A stretch of DNA of 64,000 nucleotides from Candidatus Saccharimonadales bacterium (GCA_041906765.1 JAYRIP010000004.1:68223-132222); one strand, 5' to 3'. Positions 48,361-58,461 are shown, counted from the stretch's first letter. Program-made: numbers and translations. Notes: generated by a model from the sequence alone, not told the origin.

Positions 48361-49287
48361 CTATAAGTAAAAGAATCTTTCCTCGATACGAAAGTCAATA
48401 TACTGGGTGGGGACGATATGCTCAGCTTCGAACTTTCGCAGCACCGCCACCGCATTTCCAGAGGCTTGTTTTGGATCCATCAACACATTGAACTTCAAAT
48501 AGTATGGTTTGCCTGCGAGTTTTACATGCAAACGGTTCGGTTGAGGTGGCAGACTCATATTCTCTATGGGTATACCTTGCGAAATTAGCTGTGAATGGAC
48601 TGTAGTTAAAAACTCTACAGTTTGTTTAGGCAATACGTTTTTCCCCTGCCCTAGTGGTAGATTAGACTCATCCGTAACAACTGGCAATCCTTTTAGGGCA
48701 TCTCCGCTGACCTTATTATTTGTTACCAGCGCCCGCCCTGTATTGTCTATCAGGAAATCCCCACTGCCAGTATTACCTGCCAAAACCATAACAGGACGGT
48801 TTGCCTTAATCTCAATGATAGGACGGTGACTTATGAGTGGCAGAATAGTAGTAACACTGGATAGCTCTGGAAATTCCGATTCCATACGCCTACTGATCCG
48901 TTCAGTATCAATGGTAACTTTATTTCTGTTTAAAACAGACTCCTGCAATAAGTCATGGGCAGTCTGATAATATTCACTGGAGGGACGTAGATATGACGAT
49001 ACATCATCTGCGCCAATAACTTTAATCCGAGGAGAGGTATCTAAAACTGTCGCATATATAGCACACACTACAACTGCTGCCAGCGCCAATAGCCCTGGAA
49101 GCAAGTGCCAGAAACGATGTGTTGGTTTGGTGGCTCTGACAGATTGCGCCTCTTCCCTGCCAAGGACAGCAGGTGATTCCGAGCGACGAGCGTGATAAGA
49201 AAACACATCTCGTTTTGGCAGGCGCTCATTATTCAATCGAGCTTGACGGGCAGTTAGACTGGGTTTACGGTTCCCGCGAAATGGCAT
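48361..49287 (-). CDS. FtsQ/DivIB-like cell division protein
   Basis: Single TM, POTRA-like region, C-terminal YIDFRI..R.F; follows murG. Confidence 0.7.
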   Translation of the reverse strand: MPFRGNRKPSLTARQARLNNERLPKRDVFSYHARRSESPAVLGREEAQSVRATKPTHRFWHLLPGLLALAAVVVCAIYATVLDTSPRIKVIGADDVSSYLRPSSEYYQTAHDLLQESVLNRNKVTIDTERISRRMESEFPELSSVTTILPLISHRPIIEIKANRPVMVLAGNTGSGDFLIDNTGRALVTNNKVSGDALKGLPVVTDESNLPLGQGKNVLPKQTVEFLTTVHSQLISQGIPIENMSLPPQPNRLHVKLAGKPYYLKFNVLMDPKQASGNAVAVLRKFEAEHIVPTQYIDFRIEERFFYL

Positions 49288-50449
49288 GGCCCTTCCCCGT
49301 TGTAATAATCAATCCTGCCAATTGTTTAGTGGCATCTTTCTTAGTAAAGTCATGTAGCGCTTCACCGTAAGTATGACGTTTCTTTTGGGAGCCTAACAAG
49401 CTTGAGATAGTTTCCAGTAAGACGCTTGGGTCGGCCGCTACTTTGTCTTCAGGCAAAATAATCGCTGCTTTCCTCTTTTCTAGAGCCTGGGCATTTTTCA
49501 ATTGATGCCCACCCGTTAATAGTGGGTTTGGAATAACTACGCAAGCCTTTGCTTGCATGGCAAGTTCAGCTAAGCTTGTAGCTCCCGCACGACACACGAC
49601 TACGTCAGCAGCTCCACTATAACGATAGGCATCTGTCACAAATCCTTCAATCCTGCATCGAGCGTACTGCGACGCAGATAAAGCTTGTTGATAGCGGCGA
49701 CGTATCTCGTTTTGGTGGTCACGGCCCGCCAAATGCAGCACATTAACCTCTGAATAGCGTGCAAAAAGTTCATCCAAAACAGCAGTGATGGCTTCGTTGA
49801 TACGCTGAGCCCCTAGACCGCCACCACTAATGCATACTACCGGGCCGCGTTTTAGGCGCAATTCCCGCTGGTACATTGCCTGTAATTTTGGCGTGACGTA
49901 TTGATATAGTTCATCAACCGGGACACCGGTTTCAACTACTTTATCGGGTGGATAAGTGTAAAATGTCTTCGGCAAAGCGACGGCATGTGCAACTGCCCAA
50001 CGGCTTACGATCCGATTTGCCAGCCCCGGTAATGCGTCCGAATCATGGGTAACGAGCGGAATCCTCCGCAAAGCTGCAGCCAGACCGACCGGTACTCCCA
50101 CATATCCCCCTTTTATAAACACCACTGCTGGCCGGCTATTGCGCAGCAACCAATAACTTTGCCAACTACCTACGATGACATACCAAAAATCCCTTAGGTT
50201 TTTACCTACGGTAGATAGGTCAAATATTTGCCGCCAGCCCTCTTGATGATAGCGTCGAAATTTACCAGCTCGAATCGCCCAGACATCATCAAACACCCCT
50301 TGCGCATCAGCTACATCTTGCAATTTATCGCCACGTACACCAATATAACAAACCCTTGCGCTAGGATCTCGGTGTTTTATTTCTTTAGCGACCGCCAAAA
50401 GTGGGGTGATATGCCCCCCGGAGCCGCCGCCGACCAGGACTATCGTCAT
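49265..50449 (-). CDS. murG: MurG glycosyltransferase
   Basis: GGGSGGHITP, KGGYV, HDSD..PGLANR, GGGLGA, RAGATS, HQLKNA. Confidence 0.95.
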   Translation of the reverse strand: MTIVLVGGGSGGHITPLLAVAKEIKHRDPSARVCYIGVRGDKLQDVADAQGVFDDVWAIRAGKFRRYHQEGWRQIFDLSTVGKNLRDFWYVIVGSWQSYWLLRNSRPAVVFIKGGYVGVPVGLAAALRRIPLVTHDSDALPGLANRIVSRWAVAHAVALPKTFYTYPPDKVVETGVPVDELYQYVTPKLQAMYQRELRLKRGPVVCISGGGLGAQRINEAITAVLDELFARYSEVNVLHLAGRDHQNEIRRRYQQALSASQYARCRIEGFVTDAYRYSGAADVVVCRAGATSLAELAMQAKACVVIPNPLLTGGHQLKNAQALEKRKAAIILPEDKVAADPSVLLETISSLLGSQKKRHTYGEALHDFTKKDATKQLAGLIITTGKGHAISREP

Positions 50450-51623
50450 ATTTGTTCCTTTGTGTGTTTCGTGCAGTGCTGTAGGTAGTATAGCGCGAAA
50501 TATTAAAGACCACACCAAGAGCACCAGTCACAAATACTAAGCTGGTTCCTCCGTAGCTTATAAAAGGCAGCGTGATACCCTTTAGCGGCAAAAGACCAAG
50601 CATGGCACCTATGTTTATTATCGCTTGAGTACTCAACCACGCTAATATGCCACTTGCCAGCAGTCTCGTATAAATATCGGGAGTACGCTCAATAATAAAT
50701 TTGAGACGCATAAACAATGCAAGAAATAATCCTAGTAATAAGACGCAACCGACAAAGCCGAACTTTTCCGCATAAATCGCAAATATTGAATCATTGGCCG
50801 CTTCCGGCAAGTAGCCATAGGCCTGTACACTCCTGGCTAGACCAAGTCCAAACATGCCACCCGAACCAACGGCAATTAATGCCTGACAAGCCTGATAACC
50901 CGCCCCCTGACAATCACGCGTCGGATTAAGGAAAGTCGAGAAGCGATCACGTCTATACCCACTCGACGCAATTGCTAAAATTCCACCAATTAAGATAATG
51001 CTACCCACCATCGCAATCCGTTTGAGTGGTAAGCCAGCCACAAAGGACATTACCGCCATAATTGCTGCTATGACACCCATGGAGCCAAGGTCACTTTGCA
51101 CCACAGCTACAATCAAGCTTACCAGTGCCAACGCAATCAGTAAGGGCTTTAGGGTTTTATTTTGATCGGCTAGTTCGTTATTTCGTATCCGGTCAGTCAA
51201 AAAGCCCGCCAACCATACCAACAAAGCAAACTTAATCAGTTCAGCCGCCTGGAACGAAAGCCCCCCAATCTGTACCCAGCGGTAAGCACCATTTACCCGT
51301 TCGCCTAACAATCGTACTGCAACCGAAGCAATTAATGCCAAAATAATGAGCGGCCTCTCGAGATGTCTCCATGCCCGTATTGGTACATTCGCTGCGATCA
51401 AGAATGCTACTGTCCCTAGAGCAATCGCCACCAATTGCTTGCCCACGTAATAGTTTTCGCTGACATGTTTCTGGGCACTAAGGCCCGGACTAATCGCATA
51501 GACAACAATCAGTCCCACTACCAGCAGCGCAAGACTCAACAGTATCAGCCAGTAATCCGGCCGGTGTCGCCGCTGCAGGACGGAGCCAACACCCAACGGT
51601 CGGCGTGCTTGAGACGGCCTCAT
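50385..51623 (-). CDS. ftsW: FtsW/RodA SEDS protein
   Basis: NGAYRW, FQAAELIK, QSDLG, YLPEAANDSIF, LPFISYGG. Confidence 0.93.
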   Translation of the reverse strand: MRPSQARRPLGVGSVLQRRHRPDYWLILLSLALLVVGLIVVYAISPGLSAQKHVSENYYVGKQLVAIALGTVAFLIAANVPIRAWRHLERPLIILALIASVAVRLLGERVNGAYRWVQIGGLSFQAAELIKFALLVWLAGFLTDRIRNNELADQNKTLKPLLIALALVSLIVAVVQSDLGSMGVIAAIMAVMSFVAGLPLKRIAMVGSIILIGGILAIASSGYRRDRFSTFLNPTRDCQGAGYQACQALIAVGSGGMFGLGLARSVQAYGYLPEAANDSIFAIYAEKFGFVGCVLLLGLFLALFMRLKFIIERTPDIYTRLLASGILAWLSTQAIINIGAMLGLLPLKGITLPFISYGGTSLVFVTGALGVVFNISRYTTYSTARNTQRNKYDDSPGRRRLRGAYHPTFGGR

Positions 51624-52666
51624 AAATACTTCCCTATCAAAAACAGCATCAACCCCAAAAAGCTACAAACCTGGCCGATGACCCAAAATCGCATAGTAAC
51701 CTTGGCTTCCGGCCAACCGCTGGCTTCAAAGTGATGATGTAACGGTGTGATTTTGAAAATTTTCTTTCCATTGCGAAGTTTCTTGGAAATAATCTGTAGC
51801 AGTGTTGAGCCTGCTTCAGCCACAAACACCAAGCCAATAACGGGTAGCAAGGCCACCGTGTCGGTTAGCATAGCAACGACGCCCAAGGCTGTACCAAGGG
51901 CAAACGATCCCACATCGCCCATAAAGAAACGTGCTGGATAAATGTTGAACCATGTATAGGACAGTAAGGCGCCGACGATAGTAAGGCAAAAAGCGGAAAT
52001 CCCAAATCTGTTCTCTAAAAATGCAATGAGCGCATATACGCCGAAAGCTGTCACCGTTAAACCGCCTGCTAGTCCGTCCAGGCCGTCCGACATGTTCACG
52101 GCATTTGCTGTCGCAACTACCACCAGAATAAACAATGGAACTATTAGCCAGCCAATGTGCCACGATCCCCATAGTGGGATATGTATGCTGTCTACCTCTA
52201 ATTTATAATAAAAGAACCAGCCCCCTACCAGTGCAATAAATGTGGTCAGTAACAGTTTTAATTTTGACGGTAAGCCAGCTACCCCTATCCCTGGACCCTT
52301 GACATTGATGATGTCATCCAAAAGGCCAACTGCACCAGCGCCCGCAAATGCAGCCAGTGGTAACCATGTCTCGGCTCTGCTAAGATTCGCTACCAATGTC
52401 ACTATCGCAACCGCACAAACAAAGACTATGCCAGCCATGGTAGGAATATTGCGACGGTGTTTTTCTGCATGAAGTTGTGCAAATACCTTTGCCGGCTCAC
52501 CTGTCACAGCATTGACCCGCGGCTTTTTCCACCATTGGTAACGATACGCAAAGGTTGTATACAAAGGAGTAATTAACATGCTGGTTAAAAATCCCATAAA
52601 TCCCAGCAGCAGGATGCGGATAACAGTCGGAGTTTGGACGGTAATGTGGAGCGTACTTGGTTCCAT
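51620..52666 (-). CDS. mraY: Phospho-N-acetylmuramoyl-pentapeptide transferase
   Basis: PTMAG, LLDD, NAVNMSDGLDGL, FMGDVGS, PLHHHFE. Confidence 0.96.
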   Translation of the reverse strand: MEPSTLHITVQTPTVIRILLLGFMGFLTSMLITPLYTTFAYRYQWWKKPRVNAVTGEPAKVFAQLHAEKHRRNIPTMAGIVFVCAVAIVTLVANLSRAETWLPLAAFAGAGAVGLLDDIINVKGPGIGVAGLPSKLKLLLTTFIALVGGWFFYYKLEVDSIHIPLWGSWHIGWLIVPLFILVVVATANAVNMSDGLDGLAGGLTVTAFGVYALIAFLENRFGISAFCLTIVGALLSYTWFNIYPARFFMGDVGSFALGTALGVVAMLTDTVALLPVIGLVFVAEAGSTLLQIISKKLRNGKKIFKITPLHHHFEASGWPEAKVTMRFWVIGQVCSFLGLMLFLIGKYL

Positions 52667-52692
52667 TTGTTCTTTTCTTTTTTATTATACCC

Positions 52693-54465
52693 TTATGGCA
52701 TGCTTGGCGCGATGTTAAAATTTTCAATCAACATTGAAGAGAGGCCAGCAAATATTGGGGCCGCCGCCTTCGCACCTGCATAGCCGGCAATATGTGGCTC
52801 ATTCACTCTCACAACAATTACATACTTCGGTTTTTCACCCCCAACAAAACCCATGAAAGTCCCGTTGAACTTATTATCATAATAGCCGCCATCTGGCTTG
52901 GTAATTTCAGCGGTACCCGTCTTGCCGCCGATAATATAACCAGCTGGTGGTTCTTTCATTCCATATGCCTGGTAGTTCTTGTTCACCACGTGTTGCATAA
53001 GGGCCCTAATTTCTTCGCTTGTTTTAGCTGATAGTACAGGCCCGCCGACAACCTCGGGTTGTTTTTTTACTTGCTTGCCATCCATATCAGTCAGACTGTC
53101 CACTAACCGGGGTCGATAATATGTCCCCCCATTAACCATGGCTGACAGAGCGGCACCGATTTGCAAGGGGGTAGTCGTCATTCCCTGGCCAAATGCCATG
53201 TTGGCATACTGAATATTCAAGCCAAAACCATCTTTAGGATCAGGAATGGAGCCAGCTGCTTCATAGCCTTGTTCTATGCCAGTAGCTGAACCAAAGTGGT
53301 AATGGTTCACTAAATAATCATGCCAGGTTACCCTTGCCTTTTCATTGATACTACCACCACCCATCTGTTGAAGAAGGTACACGGCACCTGTATTCAGTGA
53401 GAGCTGCAATATATCAGCGATACTCCGGGTGCCCGCTCCCCCGTCTTCCTCAATGTTGGTTACCTTTTTGCCATCTACCACCACAAAACTTGGATCATAA
53501 TAGGTCGTATCCTTCTTGACTGCCCCCTGGTTAAGGGCGGCGGCGGCGGTAAAGGGCTTCATGATCGAGCCGACTTCAAGGGGAGCACTTGCGGCAGCAT
53601 TATTAAATATGGCTGCATCCTGGACCTTGTAAAATTCAGCTGGATTATACGTTGGGTAGTTTGCCATCGCCTTCACTGCGCCAGTATCAACTTCTATAAT
53701 CAGCGCGCTACCAGAACTAGATTTGGCAGAATCCAAACCTGTCTTGAGGATGTCCTGGAGCTGTCTTTGCATGGAAATATCAATTGTGAGCAGCGCTCGC
53801 TTCCCATTCTGTGGTTGCGTGACAATGTTGTCTTTGTTTGCAACCAACGGGACACCTTGTGCGTCAGTAATTGCCTTCAATTGCCCGGGTGTACCGGCCA
53901 GCTCCTTCTGCAATTGCTGCTCTATCCCATACTTACCTTCCCCGTCATCATTAACAAAACCCAGCAGCTGTGCAGCTAAGTCACCTTGGGGATAGGTCCT
54001 TAAGCTGGACTCCCTTGTCCCTAAGCCCTTCAACTTTAAGCCATCCAGTTGTTCATGTTGCTTTTTATCGAGTTTCTTTGCCAGTATGGCGTAACGGCTG
54101 TTAGTTTTCATTTTACGCTCATACTCAGTCTTATCGCCCCCTATTACGCCCTGCACCGCTGCAGCGGCAGCGGCCGGATCTTTGATATACTTTGGGTCAG
54201 CAAATAATACATAGCGGGTCTCGTTGAGCACCAGGGGTACTGTCTTGTCTCCATCATGCACCTCTATAGCGCCACGCTCTGAGGGCACTTGATATTCTTT
54301 GATTTGAGCTTGCAGTGCCGCATGACGATAGTAATCATGGCGCAAAACTTGTAGATAAAACAGTCTGAGTAAAAAGGTTGCCAGTACTACCAAAATAAGC
54401 GCGTACCACACGCGTACACGCTTGAGCGAACCGATTGCGGCCGGCATTGGTGCTGGCATTTGCAT
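52693..54465 (-). CDS. ftsI: Class B penicillin-binding protein (FtsI-like)
   Basis: RGAI, RTYPQG, SIMK, SLN, KTGTA. Confidence 0.9.
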   Translation of the reverse strand: MQMPAPMPAAIGSLKRVRVWYALILVVLATFLLRLFYLQVLRHDYYRHAALQAQIKEYQVPSERGAIEVHDGDKTVPLVLNETRYVLFADPKYIKDPAAAAAAVQGVIGGDKTEYERKMKTNSRYAILAKKLDKKQHEQLDGLKLKGLGTRESSLRTYPQGDLAAQLLGFVNDDGEGKYGIEQQLQKELAGTPGQLKAITDAQGVPLVANKDNIVTQPQNGKRALLTIDISMQRQLQDILKTGLDSAKSSSGSALIIEVDTGAVKAMANYPTYNPAEFYKVQDAAIFNNAAASAPLEVGSIMKPFTAAAALNQGAVKKDTTYYDPSFVVVDGKKVTNIEEDGGAGTRSIADILQLSLNTGAVYLLQQMGGGSINEKARVTWHDYLVNHYHFGSATGIEQGYEAAGSIPDPKDGFGLNIQYANMAFGQGMTTTPLQIGAALSAMVNGGTYYRPRLVDSLTDMDGKQVKKQPEVVGGPVLSAKTSEEIRALMQHVVNKNYQAYGMKEPPAGYIIGGKTGTAEITKPDGGYYDNKFNGTFMGFVGGEKPKYVIVVRVNEPHIAGYAGAKAAAPIFAGLSSMLIENFNIAPSMP

Positions 54466-54481
54466 GGTCCTTTATTATACC

Positions 54482-54829
54482 TTAGTTCTGAACAGTAGCA
54501 CTGGGCGCAACAGATACAAGTTTTTTAGCCGCTTCGCTGTTTTTAACACGATCAAGGGCTTGCAAACGCGCTGATGCAACTTCAAGCTCTTCATGCTCTT
54601 GCTGTAATTTTGCCTGCTGGCGCGTGAGTTCATTGATACGGTAACCATGAGCGTTTGTTTTGGTCACCTGGGTTAGATAAAGTAACCCCAGTACACAGCC
54701 CAGCACGATCAGTAACACGATAGTGCTAATTGGACCCAGAGATCGTTCTTGGGTCTGGAAACCGGTAAAGTTTTGGTTGCGTTTTGTAAAACGCTGTCGG
54801 CCTAAAGCCAACGAACTTGAGTATGTCAT
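54482..54829 (-). CDS. FtsL-like septum protein
   Basis: TM plus coiled coil, positioned between rsmH and the PBP gene. Confidence 0.7.
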   Translation of the reverse strand: MTYSSSLALGRQRFTKRNQNFTGFQTQERSLGPISTIVLLIVLGCVLGLLYLTQVTKTNAHGYRINELTRQQAKLQQEHEELEVASARLQALDRVKNSEAAKKLVSVAPSATVQN

Positions 54830-54908
54830 ATTGTTTTTTGTGTTTATTTTTTGTTTGGTGGGGGCCGCTTATGCAGGGCCCCCAATATTTTGCCTATCTT
54901 CAGTGCGA

Positions 54909-54968
54909 TCAGAGAACTCTGACGCGCACCTTATAGGCGCGGGAGGTGCTTTTTACCTGTATCGGCAT
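54909..54968 (-). CDS. Candidate 19-aa microprotein MPIQVKSTSRAYKVRVRVL
   Basis: GGAAGGGAAGG purine-rich SD-like tract immediately upstream; overlaps rsmH 3' end. Confidence 0.4.
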   Translation of the reverse strand: MPIQVKSTSRAYKVRVRVL

Positions 54969-55905
54969 GACCTTCCCTTCCGTTTTTATTTTTCACTGCC
55001 GCCCTTAGTTTTGCACTGCGGGCGCGCGGATTGATAACTAATTCTTCGGCCGATGGGACTATAGGCTTGGACGTAAGGAGAGTAAGTGACGCATCATACG
55101 CATGTTTCGCTCCTGATTGCCCCATGAATTGCTTCACCAAACGGTCTTCGAGACTATGAAAACTTATTACTACCATCCGACCTCCAGGACGTAAAAGTGC
55201 ATCCCAGAGAGGCAAAGCACGTTCCAGCAAATTCAGTTCGTCATTCACTGCAATCCTCAGCGCCTGAAAGACGCGGGTAGCTGGATGTATCTTGGCATAA
55301 AATCGCTGCGGTGCAGCTTTTTTTATTGCTTCAGCTAGCTCACCCGTAGTACGAAATGGACGCTGGTCGACAATAGCACGGGCAAATTTTCGCGACTGCG
55401 GTTCTTCACCGTATTGCTGCAATAGCCAAACCAATTCCTCGTAGTCATAGGCATTGACGATGTCTGCCGCGGTGAGCTGCTGCTGCTGATCCATACGCAT
55501 ATCCAGTGGCCCGTCGCGGTTAATGGCAAACCCTCGGCTCGATGTGTTAAGGTGCGGTGACGATACTCCCAAATCAGCCAACAATAAATCAAACTGCTGA
55601 CCTTCCCGTAATAATTCTTGACTGGCTGTGAGAAAATCCTGGTGACGGAACTCGACCGCCCTGCTTTTAAACTTCTCGCGTAAGCTCGCAATGGCTTCCG
55701 CATCACGGTCAACTAACGTTGCCGTACCCAAAGTCCGTGAGAGAACCTCCGTTGCATGGCCGCCATAACCTGCCGTCATGTCAACGTAAGTCTCACGCGG
55801 CTGTGGATCAAGTAAGCGCAAGGTCTCTGCCAGTAAGACCGGTTCATGTTTGTTTTTGTTTTTTGGGGACATATCTTTTAATGCTTTTTGTTTTTGCAAG
55901 GTCAC
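54931..55905 (-). CDS. rsmH: 16S rRNA m4C1402 methyltransferase
   Basis: HEPVL, D.T.GYGGH, DLGVSS, LDMRMD, FHSLEDR, NPRARSAKLR; start may be ATG 55872. Confidence 0.97.
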   Translation of the reverse strand: MTLQKQKALKDMSPKNKNKHEPVLLAETLRLLDPQPRETYVDMTAGYGGHATEVLSRTLGTATLVDRDAEAIASLREKFKSRAVEFRHQDFLTASQELLREGQQFDLLLADLGVSSPHLNTSSRGFAINRDGPLDMRMDQQQQLTAADIVNAYDYEELVWLLQQYGEEPQSRKFARAIVDQRPFRTTGELAEAIKKAAPQRFYAKIHPATRVFQALRIAVNDELNLLERALPLWDALLRPGGRMVVISFHSLEDRLVKQFMGQSGAKHAYDASLTLLTSKPIVPSAEELVINPRARSAKLRAAVKNKNGREGHADTGKKHLPRL

Positions 55906-56208
55906 CTAACCAGCAGCCAGCTTTTTGTTTTTTAGGTTGTTTTTGTTTTTGTTGTTTTTTAGCGATTCCTTCGCTTTGTATGAGCAAAGCATGGGTAAGT
56001 CAAGATTTGTAATCTTGAAACACTTCGCTCAAGCAAAAAATCGCATTTGAGAGACTTATGTGTGAGGTGGAGTTTTGGGAGGTGTTTTTTGGGTAAGGTA
56101 CAAGGGTTTTTAAGGTGGTTACCCTCAAGCCACCTGCTGACTGCCGATTAGCTGACCTCGCACCTGTTTTGCCTGGTCTTTCTATAGCTAATATCTGTTA
56201 AGGTGCGA

Positions 56209-56562
56209 CTATGCGGCTATTAAGCGCCAGTATTTTCCGGCCCTTACCGCCTTTATATCCCGGCCTATGCCGGCATAGTCGAGCAAATGTTGCTCTAGTA
56301 CGACTCTTCCCTGTTTCTTGTCCAAGGGAGCTTCGTATTTTCCGGTGCGGAATTGCACGTTGAGGTCTGCCGTGCGTTCATCGAGAATATTGCCCAACAG
56401 CAACGGCTCAACCTCTTGATCCCATACCGATTTTGGGTAAAGGTGCAAGTAATTCTGGTAGCCTTGTGTGACAACCACTCCGCTCGCAAGCTCATCTCTA
56501 AGCTCAACGGGTATAGTTAACCGCCGCTTATCGTCAAGCCTACGCTCAAAGTAATCGACCAC
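56209..56562 (-). CDS. mraZ: Transcriptional regulator MraZ
   Basis: LDDKRRLTIP and LDKKQGRV SpoVT/AbrB repeats; first dcw gene; AAGGAG SD. Confidence 0.9.
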   Translation of the reverse strand: MVDYFERRLDDKRRLTIPVELRDELASGVVVTQGYQNYLHLYPKSVWDQEVEPLLLGNILDERTADLNVQFRTGKYEAPLDKKQGRVVLEQHLLDYAGIGRDIKAVRAGKYWRLIAA

Positions 56563-56629
56563 CTGGCTCTCCTTCTTACTGATAGTGGTTTTTGTTTTTT
56601 CGCGGTGTATCCTGAGCTCGCCGCTAGGC

Positions 56630-56677
56630 TACCCACGATTACCCACTGCCATGAATATACTACCCACAGCTACCCAC
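56630..56677 (-). promoter_or_regulatory. MraZ operator repeats
   Basis: Four GTGGGTA copies (TACCCAC on + at 56630, 56640, 56661, 56671) at about 10-bp phase upstream of mraZ. Confidence 0.8.
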
Positions 56678-56781
56678 AAGCAAGCATTTTTTGGTGAAAA
56701 TAAGCTAATCTTTGTCCAGTTTTCCACAGGGCGCACCTTTCAATGACTCGGCACACAACATGTGGTGTCGGCAGAGGCAAT

Positions 56782-57156
56782 TTACTCACTAGCCGGTGGT
56801 CTTTGTGCTTTATCGGGAATGTGTAACTGCTCACCCACTTGTAGACCAGGTTTACCATCCGCTTCTGCTTGTTGGCTTAGTTCTTCGAGCATTGGGTGGA
56901 TATTTTCCTTGGGACCGACTGCTTCCCTGGCTTTGCCCCACAGTGTATCACCTGGTTTTGCGATAACCGTATGGAAGTTTCTCTTGGCGTTGGGATCGTT
57001 GGGCTGATAATGTTCAACCGGCGCGCCGTTTACCCGATCTGACCATCCTGCGGCAGCTTTGCCTGCACCGAGTAGCGCTGCTCCAGCTAGGCCGGCCGCG
57101 ATTAGGCGACGCACATGGTAATTTGGTTGATTTGAATTTTTGTTTGTTTCTGACAT
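56782..57156 (-). CDS. LysM-domain protein with signal/TM
   Basis: HTVIAKPGDTLWGKA...LQVGEQLHIP. Confidence 0.8.
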   Translation of the reverse strand: MSETNKNSNQPNYHVRRLIAAGLAGAALLGAGKAAAGWSDRVNGAPVEHYQPNDPNAKRNFHTVIAKPGDTLWGKAREAVGPKENIHPMLEELSQQAEADGKPGLQVGEQLHIPDKAQRPPASE

Positions 57157-57180
57157 AACATAAGCACTATACCAAGGTTT

Positions 57181-58461
57181 TTAATTTTTGTCAATTACAT
57201 TGCCTTCATGTCTTAAACGCTTAATCTTGTCTGCAAACCATTTTGCACTCGGGCGAACTTGCCGAGCCATATTATTCTCGCGCTCTACCGCCACTAAGCC
57301 AAACTTCGGCCACCACCCATACGACCACTCAAAATTATCGAGAAGGCTCCAATGAAAGTAGCCCCGCAAATCTACGCCTTCACTGAGCGCTCGCTCCATT
57401 GCAACGATAGTCTCTTCTATCCACCATTGCCGATACTGGTCGTGCATGTCAGCAACTCCATTTTCTGTCACAAAAATTGGTTTCTTGTACCTTATCCATA
57501 TCCGAAGCAATAACGGATATAACCCTTCCGGCTCCATGTACCAGCCAAGATCATTGACCGGTAAAGTCGGGTTTTGCCGTTTAAACAATCCCGTATAGTA
57601 ATCGGTAAAGTAATAATTAAACCCAACAAAATCCTGCTGCTTACGAATCCGCCGCAAGAACCACCAGTTCCAAAAATACCGCATAAGTTTAGTAGAAATT
57701 TCATCAAAAATATTGTGGGGGCGTTTCGCTTGTATATTGGCTAATTGGGCAGCAATACCTACCTGCAGTTTGGGATTTTTGCTTTTAAGAATACGATACG
57801 CCTGTCGGTGGGCACGTACCAGATTTAGGTACACAAAGCCAAAACTGAGCCAACTTTTTTCCTGGGGTGGCCACTGACCGCTTAAGAACCCAAAACTGGC
57901 ATATACATTCGGTTCATTCAGGGTGACGCAATAGCGGACAGATTCTCCGTACTCGTCGGCTATTTTTTGAACAAACCGCCGCCAATCAGACAAGTTAGCA
58001 CGCTTTTTGAACCCCCCCTTATCCGTGAACCAGGTTGGCAACGTCCAATGCCAAATATTCATGAAGGGTTCAATCTTCAGTTGCTTTAAGTGGCTAATAT
58101 ATTCGTGGTAGTGCTGAATCGCTGACTCATCCCATTTCCCTGGCTCAGGCTCAATCCTTGACCACTCAATACCAAACCGGAAGGCATTAAAGTTGAGCGA
58201 CTTAACGAGTGCAAAATCGGTTTTGTAACGCTTGAGATGATCGACCGCCCTGCCCGAGACATAATTAGATGGTGACGTGGCTTGCGACTTAACTTCTTCC
58301 CAAGTTGGCAGCCAACCAAGCCGTGCATGGGCAGTTTTGGCTAATTCACTGGCATGAGCCAATTCCCATACGGTCCATTGGTTGTCACAGCCACCTTCCA
58401 CCTGATGGCTGGCGGTACTTACGCCCCAATAAAAATCCTTTGGAAATACGTTTTTTGTCAC
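57181..58461 (-). CDS. Glycoside hydrolase family 1 (beta-glucosidase-like)
   Basis: FYWGVSTASHQVEG, EWSRIEP, TLNEP, VTENG, WSLLDNFEW. Confidence 0.95.
   Translation of the reverse strand: MTKNVFPKDFYWGVSTASHQVEGGCDNQWTVWELAHASELAKTAHARLGWLPTWEEVKSQATSPSNYVSGRAVDHLKRYKTDFALVKSLNFNAFRFGIEWSRIEPEPGKWDESAIQHYHEYISHLKQLKIEPFMNIWHWTLPTWFTDKGGFKKRANLSDWRRFVQKIADEYGESVRYCVTLNEPNVYASFGFLSGQWPPQEKSWLSFGFVYLNLVRAHRQAYRILKSKNPKLQVGIAAQLANIQAKRPHNIFDEISTKLMRYFWNWWFLRRIRKQQDFVGFNYYFTDYYTGLFKRQNPTLPVNDLGWYMEPEGLYPLLLRIWIRYKKPIFVTENGVADMHDQYRQWWIEETIVAMERALSEGVDLRGYFHWSLLDNFEWSYGWWPKFGLVAVERENNMARQVRPSAKWFADKIKRLRHEGNVIDKN

Noticed and set aside
47803-48491. Short ORFs (72 and 88 aa) in the convergent intergenic gap
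   Set aside because: No SD or leaderless -10 context, no recognisable domains, AT-rich non-coding composition
55903-55908. In-frame TAG before rsmH as evidence of stop-codon recoding
   Set aside because: TAG and TGA terminate many well-conserved genes at their expected ends, consistent with genetic code 11
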